A DNA stretch of 64,000 nt from an uncultured Planctomycetaceae bacterium (lineage in GTDB: Bacteria; Planctomycetota; Phycisphaerae; SM23-33): assembly GCA_964557575.1 (NCBI GenBank), contig CAZLBC010000012.1:17400-81399 (forward strand), in the 5' to 3' direction. Positions 28,165 through 36,832 of the stretch are shown here, piece after piece (positions within the stretch are counted from its first letter, which is position 1; each line of letters starts with the position of its first letter). Made by a program: the position numbers and the translations under genes. A model generated the notes under the pieces. That model was not told the DNA's origin. It searched no databases and worked only from the letters and a program-made list of their open reading frames with translations.

Positions 28165-30762
28165 ATGATGACGAAAGGTGAAAAAAATACGAGAAACACG
28201 ATGGATTCATCAGGCCACGGCAATGAAAACGGCAAGAAACTGGTCATTGTTGAATCCCCGGCCAAGGCGAGGACGATCAATCGTTACCTGGGCAATGACT
28301 ACATTGTGAAGGCCTCGATGGGCCACGTTCGTGACCTCCCGAAAAAGGGCTTGAAAGGCAAAAAACGCGCGGTTCCGGGCGTCGATATTGAGCATGATTT
28401 CGAGCCGACGTACACCCCCCTGCCCCGAAGCAAAAAAAACCTCGCGGAGCTGAAAAAATTCTCGCAACAGGCGTCGAAAATCTATCTCGCCACCGACCTC
28501 GACCGCGAAGGTGAAGCCATCGCCTGGCACCTGGCCGAGAGCCTCAAGCTGCCGCCGGAGAAGACCTTCCGGGTGGTCTTCAACGAGATTACGCGATCCA
28601 CCATACGCGAGGCATTCGAAAACCCACGGCATCTCGACATGCACATGGTAAACGCCCAGCAGGCACGGCGCATACTCGACCGCATCGTCGGATACCAGGT
28701 CAGCCCGCTGCTGTGGAAAAAGGTCGCGGGAGGCCTCAGTGCCGGACGGGTCCAGTCCGTCGCGGTACGGCTGATCGTGGAACGCGAAGAGGAGATCGAC
28801 GCCTTCGAACCCGAAGAGTACTGGCGCATACGGGCGGTGTTCTGCAACGACCCGGCAGCCGCCGGGACGATCGCCGAGGGGTGGAAAGCGCTGACGGCCC
28901 GAAAAGACGAAAACGGGCGCGACCTCCCGAAAAGGGAAATCCGGTCGTGGCTCGCCGACCACGGGGCGTTTGAGGCCGAGCTTGAAAAGTGGAACGGCGA
29001 AAAATTCAAGGCCGGCGGTGAAGAAACCGCCTTGGCCGTCGCGACCGCCCTGGGCGTCGATATCGAGGACATAACGCGGACCGAAGACGAAAAGGCGAAA
29101 GGAAAAGCCCGCAACCGTGTGATTGTCTCCGGCCGCATCACCCCCGATGCACTCCGTGCCGTGATTGCCGCAATCGAGAAAAAGGAAACCCGCACCAGGC
29201 CCTATGCCCCGTTCATCACGGCGACCCTCCAGCAGGCCGCGAGCATACAGCTCCGCTTCAGCGCATCGCGGACCATGCGGATCGCCCAGCAGCTCTACGA
29301 GGGAATCAATATCCCCGGCGAAGGGCACATCGGACTGATAACCTACATGCGGACCGACAGCCGCAACCTTTCACGCCTCGCCGTTTCCGGGGCGCGGGAA
29401 CTGATAGAACAGGAGTACGGGGATCGCTATCTCCCGGAAAAACCGAACGTCTACGCATCGGGCAAGCGGGCGCAGGAAGCCCACGAGGCCATCAGGCCGT
29501 CCGATCCCCGGCGGAAACCGGAAGATATCAGTAACGCCCTCACCAACGAGCAACTGAAGCTCTATTCCCTGATATGGCGACAGACCGTCGCGTCTCAGAT
29601 GACCCCCGCCGAATGGGAGGTAACAGACGCTGAAATAGTCGCCCGGACCGGCGAAGGCGAGGCCGTATTCAAGGCCTCGGGCCGGCGCCTGGTATTCGAC
29701 GGTTTCCTGAGGGTGGCCGGGATGCCCAGGAACGGCGACCAGATTCTCCCCGAACTGAAGGAGCGACAAAAAGTCGGGACGGTTTCCATCGCACCTACGC
29801 AACACTGTACCCAGCCGCCGCCGCGCTACACCGAAGCATCGCTGGTCAAGGCCATGGAGGCCAACAACATCGGGCGTCCCAGCACCTATGCCCCCATCAT
29901 CCAGACGATCCAGGACCGGAAATACGTGGAGCTCATCAAGCGATCCTTTCATCCCACGGATATGGGACGGGTGGTGACCAAAAAGCTGGTGGAAAGCTTC
30001 CCCGATCTTTTCGAGACCGGCTTCACCGCCCACATGGAAAACCAACTGGACCTGATCGAGGAGGCCGAAAGCGACAGGGTGTCCGTGCTGCGGAACTTCT
30101 ACGGCCCGTTTGAAAAACAACTGGAAAAGGCCGCTGAAAACATGGTCCACGCAAAGGCCGAAAGCGAGGAAAGCGACTATACCTGCCCGACCTGCAGTGC
30201 CCCCATGGTCTACCGGTTCGGAAAAAACGGGCGTTTCTTGAGTTGCTCGGCATATCCCGACTGCAAGACCGCCATGCCGATCGACCGGGAAGGCCGTCCC
30301 CTGGAAACAAAGCATGTCGATGTCGCCTGTCCGGAATGCGGCGCCCCCATGATGCTTCGCCGTGGACGGTTCGGTCCGTTTTTGAGCTGCAGCACGTATC
30401 CGGACTGCAAGGGAACCGTGAAACTCGACAAAAAGGGGCAGGTCAAGCATCCGGCCCCACCGCCACTGGAAGTCGATGTTGCGTGTCCTAAATGCGGCAG
30501 CGCGACGATGAATCTCCGGCGGGGCAAGCGCGGTCCCTGGATCGGATGCGTCAACTATCCCAAGTGCCGGGGACGCGCCAAATGGTCTGCACTGGACGGT
30601 GAGAGAAAACAGGAACTGGAAACAGCGCTGGACAAACACGAAAAGGACAATCCGGTGCCGACGTTGAAAAAACTCGACGGAGAACCCGTCGGCGACGGCC
30701 ACATGCCGGTTGAAATCGAGGGGGAAAACGAGGTCCCCGCCCCCGGCAGCAAGGCCGAATAG
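28165..30762 (+). CDS. topA: DNA topoisomerase I with three C-terminal zinc-ribbon modules
   Basis: Toprim (LVIVESPAKA), the catalytic Tyr region (GLITYMRTDS) and CPxCG zinc ribbons. The ATG at 28165 has a GAAGGG RBS, and the track start 28147 is an upstream GTG. Confidence 0.95.
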   Translation: MMTKGEKNTRNTMDSSGHGNENGKKLVIVESPAKARTINRYLGNDYIVKASMGHVRDLPKKGLKGKKRAVPGVDIEHDFEPTYTPLPRSKKNLAELKKFSQQASKIYLATDLDREGEAIAWHLAESLKLPPEKTFRVVFNEITRSTIREAFENPRHLDMHMVNAQQARRILDRIVGYQVSPLLWKKVAGGLSAGRVQSVAVRLIVEREEEIDAFEPEEYWRIRAVFCNDPAAAGTIAEGWKALTARKDENGRDLPKREIRSWLADHGAFEAELEKWNGEKFKAGGEETALAVATALGVDIEDITRTEDEKAKGKARNRVIVSGRITPDALRAVIAAIEKKETRTRPYAPFITATLQQAASIQLRFSASRTMRIAQQLYEGINIPGEGHIGLITYMRTDSRNLSRLAVSGARELIEQEYGDRYLPEKPNVYASGKRAQEAHEAIRPSDPRRKPEDISNALTNEQLKLYSLIWRQTVASQMTPAEWEVTDAEIVARTGEGEAVFKASGRRLVFDGFLRVAGMPRNGDQILPELKERQKVGTVSIAPTQHCTQPPPRYTEASLVKAMEANNIGRPSTYAPIIQTIQDRKYVELIKRSFHPTDMGRVVTKKLVESFPDLFETGFTAHMENQLDLIEEAESDRVSVLRNFYGPFEKQLEKAAENMVHAKAESEESDYTCPTCSAPMVYRFGKNGRFLSCSAYPDCKTAMPIDREGRPLETKHVDVACPECGAPMMLRRGRFGPFLSCSTYPDCKGTVKLDKKGQVKHPAPPPLEVDVACPKCGSATMNLRRGKRGPWIGCVNYPKCRGRAKWSALDGERKQELETALDKHEKDNPVPTLKKLDGEPVGDGHMPVEIEGENEVPAPGSKAE

Positions 30763-30812
30763 TTTGTCGTCGCCTCTTGCGTCACCGCCCGAATCGCACT
30801 AGATTGGTCACC

Positions 30813-31709
30813 ATGACCGGCCCCGATCGAAACGTCTACCTGAGCGGTGAGATCATTCCCGCGGCAGAAGCGTCCATCGACATCGCGGACCCCGCCTTTC
30901 TTCACGGTTCCGCGGTCTTTACAACGATGCTCGCGAGCCGGGGGACGGTCTTTCGTTTTGACCGTCACCTCAAAAGACTCTCGGACAATGTCAACGTTCT
31001 CGGGCTCGACGTCGAGGTCACTACCGGACAGTTGGTATCCGGCATGTACGCCGTCATCGACGCCAACGGACTTTCCGAGGCCCGCTGCAGGATCACCCTG
31101 ACCCCCGGTCCCCCCGACCGAAAGCCGGTCACCCTGATGACGGCCGATCCCCTGCCGGACTACCCCGCGGCATGGCACCGTGACGGTATCGCGGTTGTCG
31201 TGACCTCCCTCAAGCAGTTTTCGGGGGACCCGATGGCGGGAAGAAAAACAGCCTGTTACCTGCCCCGGATACTGGCGCGGCGCGAAGCCGCGGCAAAGGG
31301 CTCCGAGGAGGCCCTGTGGTTCACCACCGACAACCACCTCGCCGAGGCCTGTTTCTCAAACGTCTTTCTCGTCCTGAACGGCACCGTCAGGACACCCCCG
31401 AAGGACACGCCCGTGCTGCCCGGGGTGACGCGCGAAGCCGTGCTGGAACTGTGCGCGGAACGGGACATACCGGCGGACGAAGAAGGTCGCCTGACCGTCG
31501 ACGACATGCTCGATGCCGAGGAGGTATTCCTTACCAGCGCCACCATGGGCATCCGACCGGTTATCCGTATCGAGAAGCATCGAGTCGGTACGGGAACACC
31601 GGGCGACATTACGCGCGTGCTGACAGACGCGTACCGGGAGCTGGTCGCCCGCGAATGCGACCGGGGACGAGACGGAAACAACACGGCATCAGACGAGGAG
31701 GGAGCGTGA
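30813..31709 (+). CDS. pabC: Class IV (fold-type IV) aminotransferase family protein, likely aminodeoxychorismate lyase
   Basis: The ~298-aa product has a fold-type IV pattern (FLHGSAVFTT, catalytic Lys region GRKTACYLP, TREAVLEL). The PabC versus branched-chain/D-amino-acid aminotransferase assignment is not secure. Confidence 0.65.
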   Translation: MTGPDRNVYLSGEIIPAAEASIDIADPAFLHGSAVFTTMLASRGTVFRFDRHLKRLSDNVNVLGLDVEVTTGQLVSGMYAVIDANGLSEARCRITLTPGPPDRKPVTLMTADPLPDYPAAWHRDGIAVVVTSLKQFSGDPMAGRKTACYLPRILARREAAAKGSEEALWFTTDNHLAEACFSNVFLVLNGTVRTPPKDTPVLPGVTREAVLELCAERDIPADEEGRLTVDDMLDAEEVFLTSATMGIRPVIRIEKHRVGTGTPGDITRVLTDAYRELVARECDRGRDGNNTASDEEGA

Positions 31710-31710
31710 C

Positions 31711-32811
31711 GTGAACGTAGCCGATGTATGCCGCGCCATGGAAATGATTGCTCCCGGCACGCTGGCCCGGGACTGGGACAACGTGGGACTGCTTGTCGGG
31801 AGATACAACCGAAAGGTAACGAGTGTTTTGCTCTGTATCGATTGCGGGGAGAATGTGCTGGCGGAAGCCGTCCGCAAAAAAGCGGAAATGATCATATCCT
31901 ATCACCCGCCGCTTTTCAGGCCGATTTCCCGCGTCACCGAGTCCGACGCGCCGGTCATTTACGGTGCGGCGGCACACGACAGGGCGATCTACTCTCCCCA
32001 CACGGCCCTGGACGCGGCCGAAGGCGGCACCAACGATGTCCTGGCAGAAATAGTCGGCCTCGATGACCTGCGCCCCCTCGACCCGTTCCCGGGCACCGCT
32101 GCCGGCAAGGTGGTCACCTTCGTCCCCACGGAACACGCCGCCGACGTGGCCCGGGCGGCTTTCGAGGCGGGGGCCGGGATTATCGGCGACTACACGCACT
32201 GTTCCTTCATGACCGAGGGCGTCGGAACGTTTCGCGGCGGGGAGGAAAGCAACCCGTCCGTGGGCCGCCGCGGAATGCACGAGGCCGTGGATGAAACCAG
32301 ACTCGAAATGGTATGCCCCGCCGAACACCTCGAAGCGGTCCGTGCGGCGATCGTCAACGCGCACGACTACGAAGAACCGCCGGTCGATATCTATCCCCTG
32401 CGGACCGCGCCGGGCGGCATCGGCATGGGCCGGGCGGGAAGGCTCCACCGGCCCCTCAGGCAGACGACACTTATCAACCGGATCAAGAAAAATCTGGGAC
32501 TGAAAAAAATCACCGTGGCCCTCTCGGGAGGCGGGGAACGAATGGTGGGAACCGTCGCCGTCGCCGCCGGTTCCTGCGGCGGAATGTGGCAATCCGCGAT
32601 CGAGGCCGGCGCCGGCTTCTACCTCACCGGCGAGCTCAAACACCACGAGGCACGCGCCGCCACGGCGGCGGGAATGACCGTTGCCTGCGTCGGGCATGCC
32701 AACAGCGAGCGCCCGGTCCTGCAACGCCTGAAGGACGCGATTTCCCGGCTGCTGCCGGGAATACAGGTAATCCTGTCGACAATCGACCGCGATCCTTACG
32801 AGATTATGTAA
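31711..32811 (+). CDS. Nif3-like dinuclear metal-centre protein (YqfO/YbgI family)
   Basis: N-terminal MNVADVCRAMEMIAPGTLARDWDNVGL and C-terminal GHxxSE motifs (CVGHANSERP) with the typical central insertion. GTG start. Confidence 0.85.
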   Translation: MNVADVCRAMEMIAPGTLARDWDNVGLLVGRYNRKVTSVLLCIDCGENVLAEAVRKKAEMIISYHPPLFRPISRVTESDAPVIYGAAAHDRAIYSPHTALDAAEGGTNDVLAEIVGLDDLRPLDPFPGTAAGKVVTFVPTEHAADVARAAFEAGAGIIGDYTHCSFMTEGVGTFRGGEESNPSVGRRGMHEAVDETRLEMVCPAEHLEAVRAAIVNAHDYEEPPVDIYPLRTAPGGIGMGRAGRLHRPLRQTTLINRIKKNLGLKKITVALSGGGERMVGTVAVAAGSCGGMWQSAIEAGAGFYLTGELKHHEARAATAAGMTVACVGHANSERPVLQRLKDAISRLLPGIQVILSTIDRDPYEIM

Positions 32812-32817
32812 TTCCCC

Positions 32818-34094
32818 TTACCCATCAAGTTCAAAAAGCCGGCGCAGGACTTCCGCCCGCCGCGACGCCTTGCCGGGGTCTTCTGATTGCCTGAGTTTTT
32901 CCACCGCGGGATGGCAGAATTTTCTCAGGCCCCGTCGAATGGCCCGGCGCAAAATTTCCATGTCCTCGTCCGCGTCGTCATGTGAAGACAGCTTGTTCCA
33001 CGCATCCTCGAGTTCGTCCTCGATAATCTCGTCAAGGCGTTGATAGAGGGCCTCGATCGTCGGCGCCGTGTCCTTTGAAACGATCTCCCGCATGAATGCC
33101 TCGACGTGCCGGCCGACCAGCCGCTCGCCTTCCTCGATCCAGACCCGTCGCTCGTCGAGCGTAGCCCTGACCACCGTGTCGAGATCGTCGACGTTGTACA
33201 GGAACACGTTCTCAACATCCCACACCCCGCTTTCAACATCTCGCGGGACGGCAAGGTCGATCAGCAGCATCGGCCGCCATCGCCGGCGTTTCTGGGCCGC
33301 CCGGATCATGTCGACGGTGATCACCGCTTGGCGCGAGCCGGTCGAGGTAACAACCACATCGGCAGCCGCCAGCGATTCGCCGAGCCGTTCGAACGGGACG
33401 GACGTGCCCCCGCAGCCGGCGGCGAGGCGGTCGGCCTTTACCGGGGAACGATTGCATACCAGGATCCGGGCGGGATCGAGATCGCCGACCGTGTTGAGCA
33501 AAATCCTGTTCATCTTGCCGCCCCCGACGCTCAAAATCGTGTGACCCCGCAGGGACTCGAACACGCGGTTGATACAGTCGACGGCCACCGACGCGACTGA
33601 AACCTTGCCCGCCGAAATGCCGGTCTCCGTCCTGACCTGCTTGGCGGCCCGCAGGGCCGCGTCCACGCATCCGCACAAAAGACCGCCCGCCACCCCCGCA
33701 TCAACCGCCGCCGACCGGGCCTCCTTTACCTGGGCCACAATCTGATCTTCGCCGGGCACGAGGCTGTCGAGTCCGGCGGCGACCCTGAAAAGATGGCTGA
33801 CCGCGGCATCGTCTTCGAGTGCATACAAGGCCTCCCGGAGTTCGCCGGGGCCGATGCCGCCGGTGTCCCCGAACCACTCGCCGATCTCCTCGATTCGCGG
33901 CCGGCCGTGAACCGGGCGCACCGCGTATATCTCGGTGCGGTTGCAGGTGGAAAGAATCATGAATTCAGCGTCAGGCCACGCACCGGCGAGTTGTTCGAGA
34001 ACGCCGGGGACGTCTTCCCGCGGGACGGAAAGACGCTCCCGCACTGCGAGCGACGCGGTCTTGTGGCTGATTCCGGTGCAGAGAAACCGCATAG
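32818..34094 (-). CDS. hemA: Glutamyl-tRNA reductase
   Basis: MRFLCTGISHKTASLAVRERL, STCNRTEIY, the NADPH-binding VGGGKM region and the C-terminal dimerisation helix. The start at 34094 lies 4 nt after the upstream stop. Confidence 0.9.
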
Positions 34095-34097
34095 GTC

Positions 34098-35288
34098 TTA
34101 ATCCACCAGCAGGAAGCTTATCGCCATAACGAGAAATACCAGCAGGAAGCCCGCGATACCGAGAACCGCGGTGCGCCGTCCACGAAAACGGGGCGCCCAC
34201 GCCGCCGCCACGGCCGCCAGGCAGATACCCCAGCCGACGAACGCAGCCGTCACCTTCGGGTGGGTCGTCCAGTCGCTGAGCCATCGTTCAGTCTCGACAG
34301 TCAACGCGCACAGCACGCCGAATCCGATCGCGACAGTAAAGCAGAAAAAGCCGTAGGTCAGCGCGGTGCGGCAGATCCTGTCGAGCTTTTCCAGCGACGG
34401 TGCACGCCTGCTGAGCAGCGAGGCATCCCGGTGTTTCAACGCCATCTCGGTTTTGAGGAATCGCACCGCCGTCCACGCGGAAATGCCGAGGGAAAGAAAA
34501 CTCAAAAACGCCCCCGCCACGTGCCCCGCGTAGAGCATGCCCGGATCACCGTAGTATATCACCGCCCACAGGGCAAAAATGACAGCGGTCACGGCGACAC
34601 ACCCGATCAAAAGGCGATGGCCCTCTGCGGGTCGTTCATGTCGCGTCGTCCCGCGCACGGAAACCGCCGGTGTCTCGCCGGAAAGCAGGGCATCGAGGGC
34701 CCCGCGGACCGCGTTCCGCCCGCCGCGGCGATAGGTGCCGAACATGTCCCACGTGGCACTGTCGCGCATGACCGCCATCCGTCGGGACGGATCCGCGATA
34801 CTCCCCTTGAGTTCTTCGCGAAATTCACGGAGGAGTGCCGCGAACTCCCCGAGTCCCGCGGGAAGCGTGTCGCCGATATACCGCTTGACGGATCCGGCAA
34901 GCCCGGGGGCGGCATTGCCGCTCCCGACGGCGACCACCATATCTCCATCGCGTAAAACCGCGGGGCTGAAAAAATCACAATCGTCGGGCTGGTCGACGGC
35001 ATTGGCGAGGGCACCGGCCGAGCGGGCGTCTTCGGCGATGCGGGAATTCAGCGTGCTGTCGTCGGTGCAGGCGAACACGACAGCCGCGCCGTCGAGAAAG
35101 GCGGGACGGTACGGCTCCCGAATCAATTCGGCGCCGTCCGCAGTTCCGGGATCGTCATCGCCGCAAACGAGCCTGACGGCCGCACCGGCGTCCAGCAATT
35201 CACGCACCTTGCGCATCCCCACGCCGCCGCAGCCGACGACAACCGCAAGCGATCCTTCGAGTCTCAGCATAACGGGATACGTTTTCAT
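34098..35288 (-). CDS. Fusion protein: precorrin-2 dehydrogenase / sirohydrochlorin ferrochelatase-like N-domain (SirC/CysG-N) plus a HemX/CcsA-like polytopic membrane C-domain
   Basis: N-terminal LEGSLAVVVGCGGVGMRKVRELLDAGAAVRLV is a Rossmann SirC signature. The C-terminal ~200 aa are multi-TM and resemble the cytochrome-c-assembly-like HemX found next to hemA. It lies immediately upstream of hemA. Confidence 0.65.
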   Translation of the reverse strand: MKTYPVMLRLEGSLAVVVGCGGVGMRKVRELLDAGAAVRLVCGDDDPGTADGAELIREPYRPAFLDGAAVVFACTDDSTLNSRIAEDARSAGALANAVDQPDDCDFFSPAVLRDGDMVVAVGSGNAAPGLAGSVKRYIGDTLPAGLGEFAALLREFREELKGSIADPSRRMAVMRDSATWDMFGTYRRGGRNAVRGALDALLSGETPAVSVRGTTRHERPAEGHRLLIGCVAVTAVIFALWAVIYYGDPGMLYAGHVAGAFLSFLSLGISAWTAVRFLKTEMALKHRDASLLSRRAPSLEKLDRICRTALTYGFFCFTVAIGFGVLCALTVETERWLSDWTTHPKVTAAFVGWGICLAAVAAAWAPRFRGRRTAVLGIAGFLLVFLVMAISFLLVD

Positions 35289-35344
35289 TGCTACTATGAT
35301 ACACTTCCAACGGCGGCGCGGCCAGTGATCGCTTGTCGCCGCCG

Positions 35345-36832
35345 TCAGTGCGTATACGGGCCGCGTGATGCGATATCAATACTTTCCAGCAGGGCCCGGG
35401 CCTTGTCGAGGGTTTCCCGGTATTCTTCCTCCGGGGCCGAATCGGCGACGATGCCCCCGCCGGCCTGCACGAGCGCGCGGTCACCGTCACAGATAATAGT
35501 GCGGATGGCTATATTCAAACACGCCGAACCGTCGGCCCCCACAATCCCGATACACCCGGTGTATACGCCCCTGGCCGCCGGTTCCAGTTCGTCTATAATC
35601 TCCATGGCCCGTATCTTCGGTGCGCCGGTTATGGAGCCGCCCGGAAAGGTGGACCGCAACAGCTCCGCCATGCCGACACCGTCCCTGAGTTCGCCGGCGA
35701 CGGTCCCCACCAGGTGAAATACCGTGGGATGGGTTTCGAGCCGCCGCCGGTCCGTCACCCGCACGGAGCCGAAACGACACACCCTCCCCAGGTCGTTGCG
35801 CAGCAGGTCTATTATCATGGCAAGCTCGGCATTGTCCTTTTCGCTGGAAAGCAGGGATCGGCTCGCCTCCCGATCGGCGCGGCGAGATCCTATCCGGGGC
35901 CGGGTCCCTTTTATGGGGCAGGTTATGACGCTCGACTCCCTGACTCTTAAAAACAGCTCCGGGGAACTCGATAGTACGGCGCAGTCCTCGCCGCCGGATT
36001 GAAAATGCAGCAGCGCGGAATACCACGCGGGATTCCGGGATCGCAGTATACGGTAGATGGCGGTCGGCGACGGGGAGGGACGTATAGTGAACCGCTGGGA
36101 GAGGTTCACCTGGAATATGTCGCCGGCGGCGATGTAATCGACGCATCTGCCGACCGCGGCACGATAATCGCCGGGCAGAAAATTGCTCGCGGCCGGCAAC
36201 GACAGCCGGCGCTCGGCCGGATCGGCCAGGGGAGGGAATGCGTCCCGGCCGCCCGCCCGGAGCAGGTCCAGGAGCCGCTCGGCAGCCCGGCCCGCACCCG
36301 CCGGCGTTTCATCGAACACCAGCTCGGCCAGGGACCACGCCCGCGTCGCCGCATCGTATACCAGCAGCGCATCGAAGAACGCCAGCCGCATGTCCGGCAG
36401 AGACGTATCCCGGGGCACCCGACACGGAAGCACCTCGATCAGGCGGCCCAGTTCGTAGCCGAAATAGCCGATCCACCCGGGAGAAAAGGGAGCGGGATGC
36501 TTTTCACGGACAGTCACGCAGGTAAAGGCCCGTTCCAGCGCGGCCCAGATGCCCTCGGCTTCCGCAGCGACGGCGACGCCGCGACCGTCGCGAAGAACAG
36601 CGTCGGCCAATTCAAGGACCCACAGGGGCGAACAGGCAAAAAGCGTGTACCGTCCGTGTTCCGGATGGTAGGCGGAAGAATCGAGGACGCAGGGATTCTC
36701 CAGCTTCGCCAGCAGCCCGAGAAGGCTTCCCGGATCAGCGTCGTGATTGAGCCGGGTGACCGTGAGGATCGCTTGCATGGCGACCGGCTCTCCGGCGGCC
36801 GGCATCATTCCGGGTGGTATCGATGCCGTCAT
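35345..36832 (-). CDS. pabB: Chorismate-binding enzyme: aminodeoxychorismate synthase component I / anthranilate synthase component I family
   Basis: Chorismate-binding C-terminal domain (SSPELFLRV, PIKGT, GGSITGAPKIRAMEII, AGGGIV). The start at 36832 forms an ATGA overlap with the upstream GH gene stop. PabB versus TrpE cannot be decided from sequence alone. Confidence 0.8.
   Translation of the reverse strand: MTASIPPGMMPAAGEPVAMQAILTVTRLNHDADPGSLLGLLAKLENPCVLDSSAYHPEHGRYTLFACSPLWVLELADAVLRDGRGVAVAAEAEGIWAALERAFTCVTVREKHPAPFSPGWIGYFGYELGRLIEVLPCRVPRDTSLPDMRLAFFDALLVYDAATRAWSLAELVFDETPAGAGRAAERLLDLLRAGGRDAFPPLADPAERRLSLPAASNFLPGDYRAAVGRCVDYIAAGDIFQVNLSQRFTIRPSPSPTAIYRILRSRNPAWYSALLHFQSGGEDCAVLSSSPELFLRVRESSVITCPIKGTRPRIGSRRADREASRSLLSSEKDNAELAMIIDLLRNDLGRVCRFGSVRVTDRRRLETHPTVFHLVGTVAGELRDGVGMAELLRSTFPGGSITGAPKIRAMEIIDELEPAARGVYTGCIGIVGADGSACLNIAIRTIICDGDRALVQAGGGIVADSAPEEEYRETLDKARALLESIDIASRGPYTH

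Noticed and set aside
28210-30702. Two long minus-strand ORFs (372 and 443 aa) opposite topA
   Set aside because: They are antisense to topoisomerase I and have a low-complexity Gly/Arg/Pro composition.
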